Source: an uncultured virus (IMG/VR IMGVR_UViG_3300013372_001213) (taxonomy: Duplodnaviria > Heunggongvirae > Uroviricota > Caudoviricetes). From it: a stretch of DNA of 56,307 nucleotides. This document shows, one piece after another, positions 16,849-27,771 of the stretch. The translations under genes were made by a program, and so were the position numbers. The notes beneath the pieces are model-generated. The model ran no database searches. It was not told the origin of the DNA and saw nothing but the letters and a program-made list of their open reading frames with translations. The stretch's first letter is position 1. Every line of letters starts with the position of its first letter. The stretch lies in the IMG/VR virus record IMGVR_UViG_3300013372_001213; one strand, given 5' to 3'.

Positions 16849-19042
16849 GTTTTTTTATACTGATATTCCTACTTGGGACAATGGTACATGGACTGTAACA
16901 TCTTTTGAGACTAGAACAGAGTTTAGAGATTTTGTACTAGCACTATTTAAAGAACCAGGTAAATATGAGTTTGATGAAACAGCTTATGTATTTAATGAAG
17001 AAGCTAGGAAATACAACAAAGATAAAGTCTATTGTGTAGCTCCTGTAAAAAGTAAAGATTTTATTACCTATTGGGATGACCAAAAAACCAAATGTAGAAA
17101 AGGTGTTATTTATAAAAACAAAGATAAGACTTGGTATCTCAGTAGAGAATACTACATGTGGCTTAACTTCTTACCTATTAACAATAAAGAGATAAGAAGA
17201 TTCTCTTTCCCGGATATTAGAGATGCTCAATATCACATGGCTCTATATGAGGTCCTTGCAGAGCTTTTCTACAAACATGCTGCAATCTTAAAGAAAAGAC
17301 AGATAGCTTCCTCTTATTTTCATGCAGCTAAACTAATCAACTGTATATGGTTTGAGGAAACTCCTATCCTAAAAATAGGTGCCAGTCTTAAAACTTATGT
17401 AGCAGATACTTGGAGATTCTTAAATGAATATAGAAACTTCTTAGATGATAACACTGCATGGTATAGACCAATGAACCCAGGAAAAGTTCTTGATTGGCAA
17501 CAGCAGATTGAGACCTCAGTTCCTGGTCAAAACAGAAAGACTAATAAAGGTTTAAAAGGAGTTCTTAAAGGAACATCTTTTGAGAAAGATCCTACTGCAG
17601 GTGTCGGTGGACCATGCACCTACTTCTTCCATGAAGAGGCAGGTATTGCTCCTAAGATGAATGAGACTTTTGGATATATGAAGCCTGCTTTAAAATCAGG
17701 TATGATTACTACAGGTACTTTTATTGCTGCAGGCTCCGTGGGTGATCTTGATCAATGTGATCCATTAAGGAAAATGATTCTACATCCTGAGGCTAATGAT
17801 ATCTTTTATGTAGAGTCTACTTTACTTGATGATAAAGGTACATTTAGTAAATCTGGATTATTTATTCCTGAACAATGGTCAATGCCACCATGTGTAGATA
17901 AGTATGGTAACTCTCAAGTAGAAGAAGCTTTAAAAATGCTTGATGAATACTTTGAGAAAAAGAAAAAAGATCTTGCTCCAGAAGAATACCAGCTAGAGTT
18001 ATCTCAGCACCCTAGAAATATTGAAGAAGCCTTTGCTACTAGAACAGTATCTATATTCCCTAGTCATTTAGTGGCAGCTCAAAAAAGAAGGATTGAAGAA
18101 AAGGAATATCCTATAGAGTATATAGACCTTAGTAAAAATGCTGATGGTACTTTTATAGCAGAAAAGAGTAGGAAGATTCCTATCTTTGAGTTTCCTATAA
18201 CCAAGAGTACTGAGGATAAAACCGGTGTCATAGTCATTTATGAGAGACCAATTAAGGATGCTAAATGGGGAACTTATTATGCATCTATTGACCCTGTGGC
18301 ACAAGGTAAGACTACTACTTCAGACTCTTTGTGTTCAATTTATGTATACAAGATTCCCATTGAAGTAACTAGAAAAGATGCTGTAGATGTAACCACTTTT
18401 ATAGAGCAGGATAAGATTGTAGCATCTTGGTGTGGAAGATTTGATGATGTTAATAAAACTCATGAGAGACTTGAACACATAATTGAGTGGTATAATGCAT
18501 GGACATTAGTAGAAAGTAATGTTCCTGGTTTTCTTACTCACATGATGAAGAAGAGAAAACAGAAATATTTAGTTCCTAAAAGTCAGATTACCTTTAGAAA
18601 AAATGTAGAGTACTCCCAACATGGGCCTGAAGAGTATGGATGGAGAAACACAGGCACTGTCTTTTCAGCTAATATCTTACCCTACCTAGTAGATTACTGT
18701 AGAGAAGAACTAGATATTGAGACTGGTGATGATGGAAAAGTTTATAAAACAACTTATGGAATAGAGAGAATCCCTGATGTAATGGCCATGGTAGAGATGC
18801 AACATTATAGAGAAGGACTCAATGTGGATAGATTAATAGCCTTAGGTGCACTTATTGCTTTTGCTAAAGTGCAGGAAGCTAATAGAGGTATTATGAAAAG
18901 ATTTGAAGATACAGGTAAAAAAAGCTTGGATAATTCAAAAAATTTATATAAATTTACTAACAGCCCATTCCGACATATAGGGATGGGCCAAGGATCATTG
19001 GATAGAAAACCTCCAAGAAATCCTTATAAAAACTTAAGATAA
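16841..19042 (+). CDS. terL: Terminase large subunit
   Basis: Walker A-like LKKRQIASSY, Walker B FFHEEAG, nuclease YASIDP, VESN and NVDRL motifs. Confidence 0.93.
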   Translation: MDKFFYTDIPTWDNGTWTVTSFETRTEFRDFVLALFKEPGKYEFDETAYVFNEEARKYNKDKVYCVAPVKSKDFITYWDDQKTKCRKGVIYKNKDKTWYLSREYYMWLNFLPINNKEIRRFSFPDIRDAQYHMALYEVLAELFYKHAAILKKRQIASSYFHAAKLINCIWFEETPILKIGASLKTYVADTWRFLNEYRNFLDDNTAWYRPMNPGKVLDWQQQIETSVPGQNRKTNKGLKGVLKGTSFEKDPTAGVGGPCTYFFHEEAGIAPKMNETFGYMKPALKSGMITTGTFIAAGSVGDLDQCDPLRKMILHPEANDIFYVESTLLDDKGTFSKSGLFIPEQWSMPPCVDKYGNSQVEEALKMLDEYFEKKKKDLAPEEYQLELSQHPRNIEEAFATRTVSIFPSHLVAAQKRRIEEKEYPIEYIDLSKNADGTFIAEKSRKIPIFEFPITKSTEDKTGVIVIYERPIKDAKWGTYYASIDPVAQGKTTTSDSLCSIYVYKIPIEVTRKDAVDVTTFIEQDKIVASWCGRFDDVNKTHERLEHIIEWYNAWTLVESNVPGFLTHMMKKRKQKYLVPKSQITFRKNVEYSQHGPEEYGWRNTGTVFSANILPYLVDYCREELDIETGDDGKVYKTTYGIERIPDVMAMVEMQHYREGLNVDRLIALGALIAFAKVQEANRGIMKRFEDTGKKSLDNSKNLYKFTNSPFRHIGMGQGSLDRKPPRNPYKNLR

Positions 19043-19048
19043 GAAGAT

Positions 19049-21817
19049 ATGCAAGTATTAAATGCAATGCAAATGAAATCTGGCAAGAAGGCCGAGTATA
19101 ATAGAATGGGTTCTATTACACAGCCTCTGCAATTTTTACCAAAAAAAGAAAAAGATGCTGAATGGACAGCCTGGAATCTTGACTGGTTAGAATGGAATGG
19201 TCTTAAGCAAATTAGAAGAAATGCTAGGAGATTAATGAAAAACTATAAACTAGCTAAAGGTACTATTGATAAGACTGACTATGTAGTTGAAGCTGATAAT
19301 GAGATGAGGGAGATTGTTGATACATTAGGTCAAGAAGATGTCAGTGCATTAGAACTTAAGTTTTATCCCATTATTCCTAATGTGGTAAATGTAATGGTTG
19401 CAGAATTTGCTAAAAGAAATACTAAAATCACTTTTAGAGGGGTAGATGAATATTCTTATAATGAACAATTAGAAGAAAAAAGAAACCAGGTTGAGCAAGT
19501 ATTATTGCAAAAAGCTGAGCAAAAAATGATGGCTAAGTTACTAGAGCAGGGAATGGATCCTGAAGATCCTGAAGTTCAACAGCAAATGCAAGAACAAATG
19601 TCTCCAGAAAAAATGAAGACTTTACCTGAGATTCAAACCTTCTTTGATAAAGATTACAGGAGCATGTGTGAGCAATGGGCTATTCATCAGTTTAAGATTG
19701 ATGAAGATAGGTTCAAAATGGATGAGTTAGAAGAAAGAGCTTTCAGAGATATGCTTATTACTGATAGAGAGTTCTGGCACATGAAGATGAATGAAGATGA
19801 TTATGATATTGAGTTATGGAATCCTGTAACTACCTTCTACCATAAATCACCTGAAGCAAGATATATTTCCCAAGGTAATTGGGTAGGTAAAATAGAAATG
19901 CTAACCATTGCTGATGTCATTGACAAGTATGGTTATATGATGACTCAAGAACAGTTAGAATCTATTGAAGCTATTTATCCTGTAAGATCAGCTGGTTATC
20001 CACTACAAGGTTACCAAAATGATGGTTCTTACTATGATGCTACCAAGTCTCATGAGTGGAATACTAATATGCCGGGTCTTGCCTACAGACAATTTGTATC
20101 TATGTATGATAATTTTATCTACAATGGTGGAGATATCATCAACTGGATCATGGCAGAAAATGAAGACTATGCTCCTATGGGTGCGGCATTTTTATTAAGA
20201 GCTACTACAGCATATTGGAAGTCTCAAAGAAAAGTAGGACACTTAACTAAAATTTCTGAAGAGGGAGAAGTTACTACTGATATTATCAGTGAGGACTATA
20301 AAGTAACTGATAAACCTATCTATGATACTACATTAATTAAAAATAAAACTAAAGATAACTTAATCTTTGGAGAGCACATTGATTGGATCTGGATTAATCA
20401 AGTATGGGGAGGTGTAAAAATAGGACCTAATCACCCTTCCTTCTGGGGTATGAATAATCCAGGAGGTATTAACCCAATGTACTTGGGTATTGATCAAAAT
20501 ACAATGGGACCATTAAAGTTCCAATTTAAAGGGGATAGTACTCTTTATGGTTGTAAACTTCCAGTAGAAGGAGCTGTGTTTAATGATAGAAACACAAGAT
20601 CTACTTCTATGGTAGATTTAATGAAACCATTTCAGATTGGATACAATATTGTTAATAATCAGATAGCTGATATCTTAGTAGATGAGTTAGGTACAGTGAT
20701 CATGTTAGATCAAAATGCATTACCTCAAAAATCATTAGGTGAAGACTGGGGTAAGAACAACTTGGCCAAAGCCTATGTTGCTATGAAGAACTTCCAGATG
20801 TTACCTCTAGATACTAGTATAACCAATACAGAGAATGCTTTAAATTTTCAGCATTTCCAAGTAATGAACTTAGAACAAACCCAAAGAATGTTATCTAGGA
20901 TTCAAATGGCAAACTACTTTAAACAACAAGCCTTTGAAGTTATTGGTATTACACCACAAAGATTAGGTCAACAGTTAGGTCAAACAGATACTGCAAAAGG
21001 GGTAGAACAAGCAGTAGCTGGTTCTTATGCTCAGACTGAAGTATACTTTATGCAACACTCTGATTACTTAATGCCAAGAGTACATCAAATGAGAACAGAT
21101 CTAGCTCAATATTATCACTCTAAAAAACCATCATTAAGACTTCAGTATATGACTTCTAATGATGAGAAAGTAAACTTTGAGATGAATGGTACTGACTTAT
21201 TATTAAGAGACATCAATATTTACTGTACAACTAAAGCTAACCAGAGAGCTATCTTAGAGCAAATGAAACAATTGGCTGTCTCTAATAACACAGCAGGAGC
21301 TTCTATATATGATCTTGGTAATATCATGCAAACTGAATCATTAGGAGAACTTACAGTGGCCATGAAAGGTATTGAGAGAAAAGCTAATGAGAAAGTTCAA
21401 GAAGAAAGAGCTTCTCAAGAGAAAATGCACCAGGAAGAAATGCAAACTAGAATCCAAGAAAAACAACTTGAGCTTGATTCTAAAATGCAAGAGGCTGAGA
21501 AAGATAGAAGAAAAGATATCCTTGTTGCTGAGATTAAAGCTGCAGGTTATGGATCTATGGCTGATATCAATGAGAATAAACAGTCTGACTACATGGATGT
21601 ATTAGGTCAGATTCAAAAGTCTGAGCAGTTCCAAGAAACTATGAATATGCAGAACTCTAAAGAGACTAATAGAACTCAAAATGATAGAGAAAAAGCTCAG
21701 ATAGAAAGAGAAAAAATGCAAGCAGATATGAGAATGAAGCAGATGGATTTAGATATTGCTAGAGAAAATAAGAACAAATTTGATGTAAAATCAAAAAATG
21801 ACAAGAAAAAGAAATAG
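19049..21817 (+). CDS. Portal protein
   Basis: 922 aa after TerL; YPIIPNVVN, MKPFQIGYN and GITPQRLGQ motifs; C-terminal coiled coil. Confidence 0.9.
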   Translation: MQVLNAMQMKSGKKAEYNRMGSITQPLQFLPKKEKDAEWTAWNLDWLEWNGLKQIRRNARRLMKNYKLAKGTIDKTDYVVEADNEMREIVDTLGQEDVSALELKFYPIIPNVVNVMVAEFAKRNTKITFRGVDEYSYNEQLEEKRNQVEQVLLQKAEQKMMAKLLEQGMDPEDPEVQQQMQEQMSPEKMKTLPEIQTFFDKDYRSMCEQWAIHQFKIDEDRFKMDELEERAFRDMLITDREFWHMKMNEDDYDIELWNPVTTFYHKSPEARYISQGNWVGKIEMLTIADVIDKYGYMMTQEQLESIEAIYPVRSAGYPLQGYQNDGSYYDATKSHEWNTNMPGLAYRQFVSMYDNFIYNGGDIINWIMAENEDYAPMGAAFLLRATTAYWKSQRKVGHLTKISEEGEVTTDIISEDYKVTDKPIYDTTLIKNKTKDNLIFGEHIDWIWINQVWGGVKIGPNHPSFWGMNNPGGINPMYLGIDQNTMGPLKFQFKGDSTLYGCKLPVEGAVFNDRNTRSTSMVDLMKPFQIGYNIVNNQIADILVDELGTVIMLDQNALPQKSLGEDWGKNNLAKAYVAMKNFQMLPLDTSITNTENALNFQHFQVMNLEQTQRMLSRIQMANYFKQQAFEVIGITPQRLGQQLGQTDTAKGVEQAVAGSYAQTEVYFMQHSDYLMPRVHQMRTDLAQYYHSKKPSLRLQYMTSNDEKVNFEMNGTDLLLRDINIYCTTKANQRAILEQMKQLAVSNNTAGASIYDLGNIMQTESLGELTVAMKGIERKANEKVQEERASQEKMHQEEMQTRIQEKQLELDSKMQEAEKDRRKDILVAEIKAAGYGSMADINENKQSDYMDVLGQIQKSEQFQETMNMQNSKETNRTQNDREKAQIEREKMQADMRMKQMDLDIARENKNKFDVKSKNDKKKK

Positions 21818-21930
21818 GGTCTAGCCATATACTGCCAATTATTTTAATATATAACTAAGAAAAATTATAATTTTTAAAGTTTATATCTGTAAATTTGCTT
21901 ATATTAGTATAGTCAATTAAACCAACACAT

Positions 21931-23193
21931 ATGACAAATAAAAATGAAACAACAACAGTTCAAGAAGTAGATATAAATCTAGATGAATTGTTAGGTACAC
22001 CAGGTGCTGAAAACATTGTGGTACCAGAAAGTGAAGCTAAACCTTCTATGTTTTCTAGAAGAGAAAATGTAGATTTATCGTTCCTTGATAAAGATGAAGA
22101 AAAATCTGATGACACCCAGTCAAAGGGAAAAGATGCAGGAGATGATGACTCTGCAGAAGAGAATGGCAAAGGTAAAAGTAAAATCACAAAGGATGAGTTT
22201 GAAGAAATTATCAACTCTAATACTGAAGAAGATAATGATACTCCTAAAAAAGGTGGTAGACCTAGTGGCTTAGTAGAATTAACTAACAAGTTAATTGAAA
22301 AAGGTTTAATAGTTCCTTTTGAAGGAGATGAGAATGTAGACAAATATACTCTTAAAGACTTTGAAGAGTTATTTGAAGCTAATACAAAAGATAAAGCTGC
22401 TAAAACCCAAGAAGAGGTTTCTGCACAATTCTTTGAATCTCTACCTGAAGAACTACAAGTAGCTGCACATTATGTAGCTAATGGTGGTAATGATCTTAAA
22501 AGCTTGTTTAGATCTCTAGCAGCTGTAGAAGAAATTAGAGAATTAGATGTAGATGATGAAGATAGTCAAGAGCAAATTGTAAGAAGCTATTTACATGCTA
22601 CCCAATTTGGTAATGCTGATGAGATAGAAGAAGAGATTGAAGCTTGGAAAGATAGAGATGAATTAGGTAATAAAGCTAAGAAATTTAAACCTAAGTTAGA
22701 TGCTATGCAAGAGCAAATTGTTGCAAGACAATTACAGCAACAAGAAGGTATGAGAAAACAGCAACAACAACAAGCTGCTATCTACACTGATAATATCTAT
22801 AAAGCTCTAGAGCCAGGTGAATTAAATGGATTAAAACTTGATAAGAAAACCCAAAGTGAATTATTTGGTGGATTAACTCAAGCTAATTATCCATCTATGT
22901 CAGGTAGACCTACTAACTTACTTGGGCATTTATTAGAGAAATACCAATATGCTGAACCAAACCATGCTTTAATTAGTGAGGCTTTATGGTTACTAAAAGA
23001 TCCTACAGGATATAGAAACAAAGTTAGAGAAATGGGTAAGAAAGAAGCAGTAGTTGAAACAGTAAGACAATTAAAAACAGAGCAGAGTAACAAGATTACA
23101 TCTAATACTTCTACTCCAGATGATGATAATAATAGTAGAAAAAAACCAGGAGGTGTACCTAGACCAGCAGGTGGTAGCTTCTTTAAAAGATAA
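21931..23193 (+). CDS. Acidic scaffold-like protein
   Basis: Very D/E-rich with coiled coil; lies between portal and capsid as in crAss-like phages. Confidence 0.75.
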   Translation: MTNKNETTTVQEVDINLDELLGTPGAENIVVPESEAKPSMFSRRENVDLSFLDKDEEKSDDTQSKGKDAGDDDSAEENGKGKSKITKDEFEEIINSNTEEDNDTPKKGGRPSGLVELTNKLIEKGLIVPFEGDENVDKYTLKDFEELFEANTKDKAAKTQEEVSAQFFESLPEELQVAAHYVANGGNDLKSLFRSLAAVEEIRELDVDDEDSQEQIVRSYLHATQFGNADEIEEEIEAWKDRDELGNKAKKFKPKLDAMQEQIVARQLQQQEGMRKQQQQQAAIYTDNIYKALEPGELNGLKLDKKTQSELFGGLTQANYPSMSGRPTNLLGHLLEKYQYAEPNHALISEALWLLKDPTGYRNKVREMGKKEAVVETVRQLKTEQSNKITSNTSTPDDDNNSRKKPGGVPRPAGGSFFKR

Positions 23194-23240
23194 ATAAACA
23201 AACAATAAATTAATAACTTAAAACAAAAAACAAAAACAAA

Positions 23241-24875
23241 ATGGCAACTCCAGTATTAAACAACGGTATATTTCTGAGAGATACTAACTACCAAGCTAGT
23301 TCTCATGTAGATTCTTACCACTTAGTAAACATGTTAAAGGATGCAGAACCTATGGATTTAGGTCCTGTAGACATTTGGGCAATGTCCCAAAAAGTTGAAA
23401 TGCCTTTATACCAATTATCATCTTTTGGTGGTAAAAACATTATCATGGTAGACAATGCAAGAGGTGAGTACAAATGGCAAACTCCAGTTTCCCAAGACTT
23501 ACCTTACATTGTTAATGATATTGAAGATCCTAATTCAGTATTAGGTCTTGATGGTACAACCTTCAAAATCAAAATCAACAAAAGAGAATTTGGACATGGT
23601 GATATCATCACTTATGACAAATACAATGGTGTTGAGATGTACATTACTGCAGATGATATCTTACCAATGGGTGATGGTTTTATCTACACAGTTCAGTTAG
23701 TAAACAATGACAACTACAGATTCTTAGAACATAAATATTTAGTTCCTCAAACTAAGTTATTTAGAAAAGGTTCTGCTAGAGGTGAATATGGTGAGAGATT
23801 CTCTGATATTCAAACTAGATCAGGTTTCCGTGAATTCTATAACTTTGTAGGTGGTGCAGAAGCTCATGTACATTATTCAGTATCTTCTAGAGCTGACTTA
23901 ATGTTAAAAGGTGGAATGAATGCAGATGGTACAGTTCCTGTAACTGAGATCTGGAGAAACTTTGACAAGAATGTAGATCCAGCAATTTCTAAAATTGAGG
24001 ATATTGCATCTAAGATGGGTAAAGACTACTTAAAAAGAGCAGTAGGGAATGGTACTTTAACAAGAACTTTCTTAACTAGCATGGAGTCAGCTCACTTAAC
24101 TAAAATTGCTACTGACATTGAGACTTACTTAATGTGGGGTCATGGTGGTAGATTAAAGCAAGATGGTCCAGATGATATGAGATTATCTGTAGGTTTATGG
24201 AAACAGTTAGATAACTCTTACAAGAGAGTTTATAACAAGATAAACTTCAGCTTAGAATTATTCAGATCAGAGTTATATAACTTCTATGCAGGTCGTGTTG
24301 AGTTCCAAGGTCCAGATCCTAAGAGACAATTAATTGTTCAAACAGGTATGGGTGGAATGAGATTAGTAAATGAAGCTATTAAGAGAGAAGCAGTTAATTC
24401 AGGTTTAGTTACAGTTACAGGTTCTTCTAATACAGGAATTGGTAATGCAATTAATGGATCAAGTGCAATGGACTTAAACTTTGGATTTGCTTTCACTAGT
24501 TATGTAATTCCTTTCTTAGCTAATGTTAAGTTTGTACTTAACCCAGCTTTTGATAACTTACATACTAATGATATTGAGAACCCAATCATTGATGGTAATC
24601 CATTATCATCTTATTCATTTGTTATCTTTGATATCACTGATACAGGAAATGACAACATCTACATGTTGAAATTATCTTGGGATAATCAATTAAAATGGTG
24701 GTACCAAAATGGTACTATGGACTACATGGGAAGAACTCAAGGGTTCCAATCATCTGGCCAGTTTAATGGTTACCGTGTAATGATGACTCAAACAATGCCA
24801 GCTATCTGGGTTAAAGATCCTACCAAGGTTCTTAAGATTGTTATGAGAAATCCAGTTACTGGAGGATCATTCTAA
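23241..24875 (+). CDS. Major capsid protein
   Basis: 544 aa; position in head module, LMWG..G, GLWKQL and TGMGGM motifs, C-ending codon bias typical of high expression. Confidence 0.9.
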   Translation: MATPVLNNGIFLRDTNYQASSHVDSYHLVNMLKDAEPMDLGPVDIWAMSQKVEMPLYQLSSFGGKNIIMVDNARGEYKWQTPVSQDLPYIVNDIEDPNSVLGLDGTTFKIKINKREFGHGDIITYDKYNGVEMYITADDILPMGDGFIYTVQLVNNDNYRFLEHKYLVPQTKLFRKGSARGEYGERFSDIQTRSGFREFYNFVGGAEAHVHYSVSSRADLMLKGGMNADGTVPVTEIWRNFDKNVDPAISKIEDIASKMGKDYLKRAVGNGTLTRTFLTSMESAHLTKIATDIETYLMWGHGGRLKQDGPDDMRLSVGLWKQLDNSYKRVYNKINFSLELFRSELYNFYAGRVEFQGPDPKRQLIVQTGMGGMRLVNEAIKREAVNSGLVTVTGSSNTGIGNAINGSSAMDLNFGFAFTSYVIPFLANVKFVLNPAFDNLHTNDIENPIIDGNPLSSYSFVIFDITDTGNDNIYMLKLSWDNQLKWWYQNGTMDYMGRTQGFQSSGQFNGYRVMMTQTMPAIWVKDPTKVLKIVMRNPVTGGSF

Positions 24876-24880
24876 TACTT

Positions 24881-24986
24881 GTACCAAAAGGAAGTAAGAG
24901 TATCCATAGTACTTTTACTTCCTTAACTGGTACCTTTCACCCCTGATGATTATGAATCATAATGAGAGCAAAACTCAAATCAGGGG
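24881..24986 (+). other. Structured intergenic RNA after capsid gene
   Basis: Long hairpin 24881-24933, then CCCCUGAU/AUCAGGGG stem enclosing two hairpins (24940-24986). Confidence 0.55.
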
Positions 24987-25054
24987 CAAAACTTGTAAAC
25001 ATAAAATTTAATTTATAAATTTACAAGAATTATAAACCAACAAAAAACCAACAT

Positions 25055-26071
25055 ATGAATTACTCAATTGTGTCCCTAGCTGAAACAGCTAAATCTGGCA
25101 GTATATCTGTCAAACCGTTCTTTGATCCCAATAGATCTAATCTAGGCCTAGAAAAATATGGTATGTCCTTATTTGATGGGGTGTTTCATGAAGAACAACT
25201 TGCATGTCTAGATAGAAATGGTATCAGAAGATACTTAACAGGATTAAATGAATTTGCTCCAGAAGTTAAGTTAATTAAAGACCCTCAGGAAAGAGAAGCT
25301 AAGATCCAAGAAATTAGAAAAGTAGTTTCTGAACTTGAAAGAGATTTAGCTGCTAATATGATTGATCCTAAAGACCCAGATTTTTGGAATAAAGTAACAG
25401 TGTTACAACCAAACAATGATGACTTCTGGAGTAAGATTACACTTAGATGTGGTAATGAGCCATTATACTTAGATCCTACTAAAGATGCACATGATTTAAT
25501 TAAAATCTATGCAATTGAAAGTGGTGGATTTTCAATGGTAGCTAAAAGCTATGATGATGCAAGAAGTAGAGCAGTACCTCCTAAATTTTATTTAGATAAG
25601 TATGTAGAGACAGTATCTACTAAAACAGAACTTAGTAAACTTAGAAATAAAGCTATATCTGAACTTACCAAATTATTTGATAAGAACCAGAACAAGTTAT
25701 TATATGTTGCTAAGGTTGTTGATGGTAACAGTGTTCAGTATAAAAAGTCTACTCCTAATGATGTTGTTTATGATAACATGGATAAGTTTATCAGAGGAGA
25801 AGGTATTGAGAACAGTGTTAAAAGAGCATCTCAAATGTTCTTAGATGCAGTGGCTATGGATATGGAAACTTTAAAAATTAAGTCAATTATAAAAGATTGT
25901 ACTTATTACAAGTTTATTACTCCTAAATCTGATGGCTTTATCTACCACACAGACAGTTCTTCACTAATGGGTAGAAATGCAGCAGACTGTTTAGAGTTCT
26001 TAAAGAATCCGTTAAATGATAATATCTTATTAGATCTTACTAAAAAGGTAGAAAAATATTGGAATGTTTAA
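25055..26071 (+). CDS. Head-module protein following the capsid gene
   Basis: 338 aa; position conserved in crAss-like phages. Confidence 0.75.
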   Translation: MNYSIVSLAETAKSGSISVKPFFDPNRSNLGLEKYGMSLFDGVFHEEQLACLDRNGIRRYLTGLNEFAPEVKLIKDPQEREAKIQEIRKVVSELERDLAANMIDPKDPDFWNKVTVLQPNNDDFWSKITLRCGNEPLYLDPTKDAHDLIKIYAIESGGFSMVAKSYDDARSRAVPPKFYLDKYVETVSTKTELSKLRNKAISELTKLFDKNQNKLLYVAKVVDGNSVQYKKSTPNDVVYDNMDKFIRGEGIENSVKRASQMFLDAVAMDMETLKIKSIIKDCTYYKFITPKSDGFIYHTDSSSLMGRNAADCLEFLKNPLNDNILLDLTKKVEKYWNV

Positions 26072-26092
26072 AATTAATAACTATATTATATC

Positions 26093-26371
26093 ATGAAAAA
26101 ACTAGTAAAAAAACAAACAGGAGGTTCTGCAAAAAAACCAGTAACTGTAAATAAATTTAATGCTTTAGCAAAATTAAATGATGCAATGGAAGATAGTGCT
26201 ATGGCAAATGAACTATCAAATTATAGAAAAAATGCTCCTAAAAGGATGCTCCAGAATAATAGAGAAAGAATGCAAGAATTAGATTCAGTTATGAAAGTTC
26301 CTTCTAAAGTTAGAAAAGGTATAATAACTAAAAAAACTGGTGGTACAATTAAAACTAAAACTAAAAAATAA
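26093..26371 (+). CDS. Small basic GG-motif protein
   Basis: KKQTGG at start, KKTGGTIKTKTKK at end. Confidence 0.8.
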   Translation: MKKLVKKQTGGSAKKPVTVNKFNALAKLNDAMEDSAMANELSNYRKNAPKRMLQNNRERMQELDSVMKVPSKVRKGIITKKTGGTIKTKTKK

Positions 26372-26376
26372 ATACA

Positions 26377-26550
26377 ATGGCTGGACAAATGAAAACCGCA
26401 AATAGTTTTCCTGTAGTGGTTACAAACCCTACAAGATACACAGGAGGTATGAATACATACCCAACAGTAGTAACTAACCCAACAAGATACACTGGTGGCT
26501 TAAACAAAGCTGCATGTGAAGTACCTCTTTGTTGTGTATCTAAAAAATAA
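26377..26550 (+). CDS. 57-aa peptide with tandem P.VVTNPTRYTGG repeat
   Basis: Hand-translated; not in the track. Confidence 0.75.
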   Translation: MAGQMKTANSFPVVVTNPTRYTGGMNTYPTVVTNPTRYTGGLNKAACEVPLCCVSKK

Positions 26551-26555
26551 TAATC

Positions 26556-26981
26556 ATGGCAAAACTAATGAAAGCTCAAATGGGTAAAATAGTTAAAGGT
26601 GCTATTAAAGCTGTAGCTAAAGAAGCAAAGCCTGTAGTTAAGGCTGTAAAAAAACCTTCTTTTATGGATTTTAGAACAACTGATACTAAAAATACAATGA
26701 AAGAGGCTCTTGGAAAATATGAACAAATGCAAGAAAGAGCTAGATTAAAAGCACATCTTGAATCTTTATCTAAGAAACAAATGGGAGGTAGTTCTAAACC
26801 AACACCATCTAAACCTATTAATTTTAAAGAAGCTAAAGCTAAAGCTAAATATAATCCTAACCTTATTGAGGAAAAAGAAAGAGCTATTAAAAATTCTCCT
26901 AAATATAAAATAGAAAATTATAAACCTTATAAACCAATGGTTGCTAAAAATGGTGGTATTATAAAAACTAAAAAGAAATAA
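26556..26981 (+). CDS. Small basic GG-motif protein
   Basis: KAQMGKIVKG, KKQMGG and AKNGGIIKTKKK. Confidence 0.8.
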   Translation: MAKLMKAQMGKIVKGAIKAVAKEAKPVVKAVKKPSFMDFRTTDTKNTMKEALGKYEQMQERARLKAHLESLSKKQMGGSSKPTPSKPINFKEAKAKAKYNPNLIEEKERAIKNSPKYKIENYKPYKPMVAKNGGIIKTKKK

Positions 26982-26983
26982 TC

Positions 26984-27163
26984 ATGAAAGATATCAAAGC
27001 TAAAGTAGTTACAAAACCTACAGGTAAAACAGGTGGTACTAATGGTACTGCTAAAGTACAAACTGGTATTAAAGCTAAACCTTCTGGTAAAGTTAATACT
27101 CCACCAAAAGGAGCTATACCTATGAAAAAAATGGGTGGTATGTATTCTAAAAAATCTTGTTAA
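26984..27163 (+). CDS. 59-aa basic GG-motif peptide
   Basis: Hand-translated MKDIKAKVVTKPTGKTGG...MKKMGGMYSKKSC; not in the track. Confidence 0.75.
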   Translation: MKDIKAKVVTKPTGKTGGTNGTAKVQTGIKAKPSGKVNTPPKGAIPMKKMGGMYSKKSC

Positions 27164-27181
27164 TTAAATTAAAAAAATACT

Positions 27182-27769
27182 ATGAAAAAAACAGTAAAAA
27201 AATATTCAGATGGTGGTGGAACAAAAGGTTCTGCTAGATCATCTATGTTATCTAACAAAGTTAGTAGATTAGGTAAACTTGAAAAAGCTATGGCTCAAGA
27301 CACTGGTAAAGGTGACATGGATCAAATGAGTAGATATAATACAGTAGTAAAAAAATTAAATAAAGCTACAGGTAAATTAGTTAATAGTGTTCCAGCTCCT
27401 CCAGTTAAGAAAGCTTCTAATAGCAAGACTTCTTTTAAAATGGGTGGATCTTTATCTAAAAGACAAGATGGTGGGCCTGCAGAAGATAGAATAGATAGAA
27501 TGAGATCTATAAGAGAAGCTTCTAGAAAATCTGTAGGATCTACAGGATATAAAGTACCTGTTAAAGGAACTTTTGTAGCAGCTACAGATAGTAGTAGAAA
27601 AGCATTTATGGATAAATATAAAGATACTCTTACTAAAAAATCAACTCAAGATACTTCTAAAGTTATGAAAAAAACAGGTGGTGCTACATCTGCATTTGCT
27701 AAGTTAGCTCCTCCATATAATAAAGCAACATTTGCAGATAAAATTGCAGGTGCTAAAAAGAAAAAGTAA
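27182..27769 (+). CDS. Basic GG-motif protein
   Basis: KYSDGG, FKMGG, RQDGG and MKKTGG. Confidence 0.8.
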   Translation: MKKTVKKYSDGGGTKGSARSSMLSNKVSRLGKLEKAMAQDTGKGDMDQMSRYNTVVKKLNKATGKLVNSVPAPPVKKASNSKTSFKMGGSLSKRQDGGPAEDRIDRMRSIREASRKSVGSTGYKVPVKGTFVAATDSSRKAFMDKYKDTLTKKSTQDTSKVMKKTGGATSAFAKLAPPYNKATFADKIAGAKKKK

Positions 27770-27771
27770 TC

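Noticed and set aside
16841..24875. Introns or inteins in TerL, portal or capsid genes
   Set aside because: ORFs are continuous, of plausible length, and show no intein terminal motifs.
24943..24970. Second hammerhead (CTGATGA)
   Set aside because: The following stem ends in UGAGA rather than GAAA, and the CUGAU is paired in the closing stem.
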